Source: Octopus bimaculoides (taxonomy: Eukaryota). Taken from it: a stretch of DNA of 38,432 bases. Shown in pieces: positions 35,258 through 38,432 of the stretch. Below the pieces are notes generated by a model. It was not told the origin of the DNA, searched no databases, and saw only the letters and a list, made by a program, of their open reading frames with translations. Both the position numbers and the translations under genes were made by a program. The DNA lies in contig NC_068992.1 in assembly GCF_001194135.2 (NCBI RefSeq), positions 35,564,871-35,603,302 of the forward strand, in the 5' to 3' direction. Every line of letters starts with the position of its first letter. Position 1 is the first letter of the stretch.

Positions 35258-36353
35258 TATTTATATATATATATATATATATATATACTTATAAATAAAC
35301 ACACACATGCATATCAGTAGAAAAAAGGGATAAAAATCTCAGGCAGATGTCAATAAAGCACTCACTTTTAAACGAAATTGTTTAACTTATATCAAACAAT
35401 TATACACCAATAAATGCCAATAAATATATCGAAGGTAAATCATTAGGTCTGACAAGTTGATCCAAATATCATTTAGAAGAATGCCGAGAAATTCGGAGTA
35501 TTACATAACAAAAATACGGATAGAGAAAATGACATCTTAATTGTAGAATTCACTATACAAAACCGACCATAGTTTATGTTGTATAAATATATCTAGTTGT
35601 AGAAAATATCATTGAAATTAATATATCCGAAAATACATGTTAACACGAAGCTTTCAAGGTCATCCAAAATGAAAGTAAACTCAGGAAATATTTCCCGTAA
35701 ACAAATGCATACAAAAATAACGTTAAGAAGAAATAGGGTCAAAGAAAAGCCTTTTTTTTGTATCCATCTCTTGGTGCCGTCAATGGATAACGAAATAATA
35801 AAAAATAAATGTAAGGATCCTACGTTACGACAATTAGTTATCTATATCTTGAATAGCGAAAACTTATTTAGAAACATTACGCTTATTATATTACATATAA
35901 AAAGCAATTATAGTTAAGGATTGAAATATTCAAATGTCTTCCGAAATTTGTGACAACATTTCATTGTAAAATTCCCATTAAAATTTGATAAATTTGATAG
36001 TAGAAGTAATTATATAATACATTTCTTCAAGGCAAAGATCACATGAAGAATTACTAATATTGTACGATTGTGTGTAAATAATAATGGACCACTTTAAATC
36101 ATACTTAAGGTTCCTATCTTTTAAATTCTAAATGCATTTTCTAAAATTTGTAGAATTACCTTATGATGCACTGTTATTACCTTGCGCTGATAGACTATAT
36201 TTTTCCTTAGAAACTAAAAGGTATACAATTTTGTTTTTACAATTACTCAGATATTTATTCATTCGTTTTTGGTACTCAAGATTAAAAGAATTCTTATCAG
36301 TCCTCCTCTCAGAATGAGATGTTAAGGTGGGTAATTATTATTATAATTATTAC

Positions 36354-36572
36354 GGCATAAAGCTGACAGAATCGTTAGGGCGCCGGGCGAAATGCTTAGC
36401 GGTTTTTCGTCTGCCGCTACATTCTCAGTTCAATTTCCGTCGAGATCGACTTTGCTCTTCATCCTTTCGGGGTCGTAGAAATAAGAACCAGTTACGCACT
36501 GGGGTCGATATTATCGACTAACCCCCTTCCTCCAAAATTTTCAAGGCTTTGTGCCGAGAGTAGAAGCAATTA
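36354..36572 (+). mobile_element. SINE family B, copy 1 of a tandem pair
   Basis: GCTGACAGAATCGTTAG A-box-like, AGTTCAATTTCC B-box-like, CACTGGGGTCGAT core. Confidence 0.88.
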
Positions 36573-36588
36573 TCATTATAATGAATGC

Positions 36589-36790
36589 GGCGTAGAGTTG
36601 GCAGAATCGTTAGCGCGCCGGACGAAATGCTTCCCGGTATTTTGCCCGTCGCGACGTTCTGAGGTCAAATTCCACCGAGGTTGACTTTACCTTTTATCTA
36701 TTCGAGGTCGAAAAAATAAGTACCAGTTAAACACTGGGGCCGATGTAATCAACTTATTCCCTCCCTTCAAATTACTGCTCTTTGAAACCA
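36589..36790 (+). mobile_element. SINE family B, copy 2 of a tandem pair
   Basis: GTTGGCAGAATCGTTAG...GGTCAAATTCC...CACTGGGGCCGAT...TTTGAAACC. Confidence 0.88.
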
Positions 36791-37016
36791 TTGTTGTTAT
36801 AATAACTAATTCTAAAACTAGGTGCTAATTGTATTATCAGAATTGGAATTACTTTTATTTGAAGAATAGAAATCTAGTTCAGGAAAATTATTATAAGAGT
36901 TAATTTCACAATAAACATTATCGATTCTACTCTTGTTTCCAGATTTTGAGTTGAGGTATTTCCTAATTCTCTATTTATTATATATGTGTATAAGCTTTTA
37001 TTTGTCTCAGTTTTAG

Positions 37017-37078
37017 GTTTTCCAGAAAGAAGGTAGATTATTTGAGAGGAGTTATCATGAAGTGCATATAAACCAAAG
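37017..37078 (+). CDS. Candidate 62-nt exon of an unidentified gene
   Basis: Acceptor CTTTTATTTGTCTCAGTTTTAG and consensus donor AAG|GTGAGT. One frame is open (VFQKEGRLFERSYHEVHINQ). I recognise no homology. Confidence 0.27.
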
Positions 37079-37699
37079 GTGAGTTCAAGTGCGTCACAGT
37101 AACATTATATACATGCTATTTCTACATTAAAAGAATACATCGATATACAGAATAAATAGCTGGAAGAAATAAATTATTGCAATTGACACACAATTTCAAA
37201 GTTGGACCTCAACTTGCTACAAATAGAAAGCAATCCACTTGAGAACACAACAGTTTTAAATTTTAAATGTTATTTAGGAGTATGAAGTCTGTCATGTAGT
37301 CAAATTGGATGGTCATTGATAAAATATCTGACTATTCGTTTGGTCAGGCGGAGCTGGGATGGTGCTAAGTAACAATACCAATAACAATAACAGTAACATT
37401 TTATCGATGCCGTTACAGAGAAAATGTATGTTAACCTCTGCATGTTCAGGATTTTACTCAGATTATAAAATCAGACGAATATTCTTAATACAACATTTTT
37501 TAATTCAAATAACAATTTTTTTATGTTTTATACATTATACATTACACATCCAAAGAAAATTAAAGAAAATTCACACTTTGTTTATACAAATACCTGATTA
37601 TCTTGAATTGAAAATCTGGATATAGTTTACCCAGATAATGTTTTATAATTTGTCGTAATATAATTGTGTTACTAATGTGTATATGCGCTTGAGTGTGTA

Positions 37700-37701
37700 C
37701 T

Positions 37702-37756
<55 letters not shown>

Positions 37757-37797
37757 GGAGACATACATATATATATACATATGTATATACATATATG

Positions 37798-37831
<34 letters not shown>

Positions 37832-37897
37832 CATATATGTATATATATATACATATATGTATATATATATACATATGTATATACATACATATATGTA

Positions 37898-37954
<57 letters not shown>

Positions 37955-37972
37955 GCGCACACACACACATAC
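37700..37972. repeat. (TA)n/(GA)n/(TATATACA)-type compound microsatellite
   Basis: Direct reading. Confidence 0.95.
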
Positions 37973-38432
37973 ACAACGGTTTTGGAGTTAGTTGCGCAAA
38001 GATACCTCTTAAACGTTTTTACAATATATTCAAATATGAGAATGGTTGGTTTTCTGTGCTACGTTGATATACGGTGATACAGATACACATTCCTGTACAC
38101 GCATCTTTTCTCGTATAACAATGAATATGGATCTATGCATTTGTTTTGAGTAACTGAAAATTTTTGCCATTATCTTTTTATGCTTGTTTACATAAATTTA
38201 CATACTGACATATGTATTCATGATTCCTCGAGATTACGTTAATGTTTATGTGACTGAAAAAGTCAGAGAACGTGAGAGAGGAGACAAGAACGTAGCTTGT
38301 ATATATGTATATTGATCGCGTAACTTATGATCAATATAATTGTTTATATATCATTCAACAAATATTTCTATTCTTTGTTTAGTGTGTATATATATTAATG
38401 CATTTATATGAGTATATTTAGGAATATATATA

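Overview
AT-rich, microsatellite-dense metazoan DNA with nine N gaps (about 4.1 kb). The SINE families and repeat landscape look like an octopus (coleoid cephalopod) genome; this is inferred from recalled repeat sequences, not from a search. I find no host gene I can support, only two weak candidate exons. There is no rRNA, true tRNA or CRISPR array. Most long ORFs in the supplied track are artefacts of microsatellites and N runs. The window is a nested graveyard of mobile elements: R4/Dong LINE pieces, a Tc1 transposase pseudogene with an apparent spliceosomal intron, at least three families of Penelope-like elements (PLEs), a Merlin-like MITE containing TTAGGG repeats, a mariner 3' end, a complete non-autonomous Helitron, a head-to-tail Tx1/L1 array and about a dozen tRNA-derived SINEs. 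The most interesting region is 18.7-22.3 kb. It holds two type I hammerhead-ribozyme motifs, a 38-bp fold-back hairpin fused to an uninterrupted GIY-YIG frame, and a roughly 270-bp inverted repeat bracketing that frame and the Helitron. PLE hammerheads are a known class, so I cannot claim a new system. These are the best leads for follow-up.
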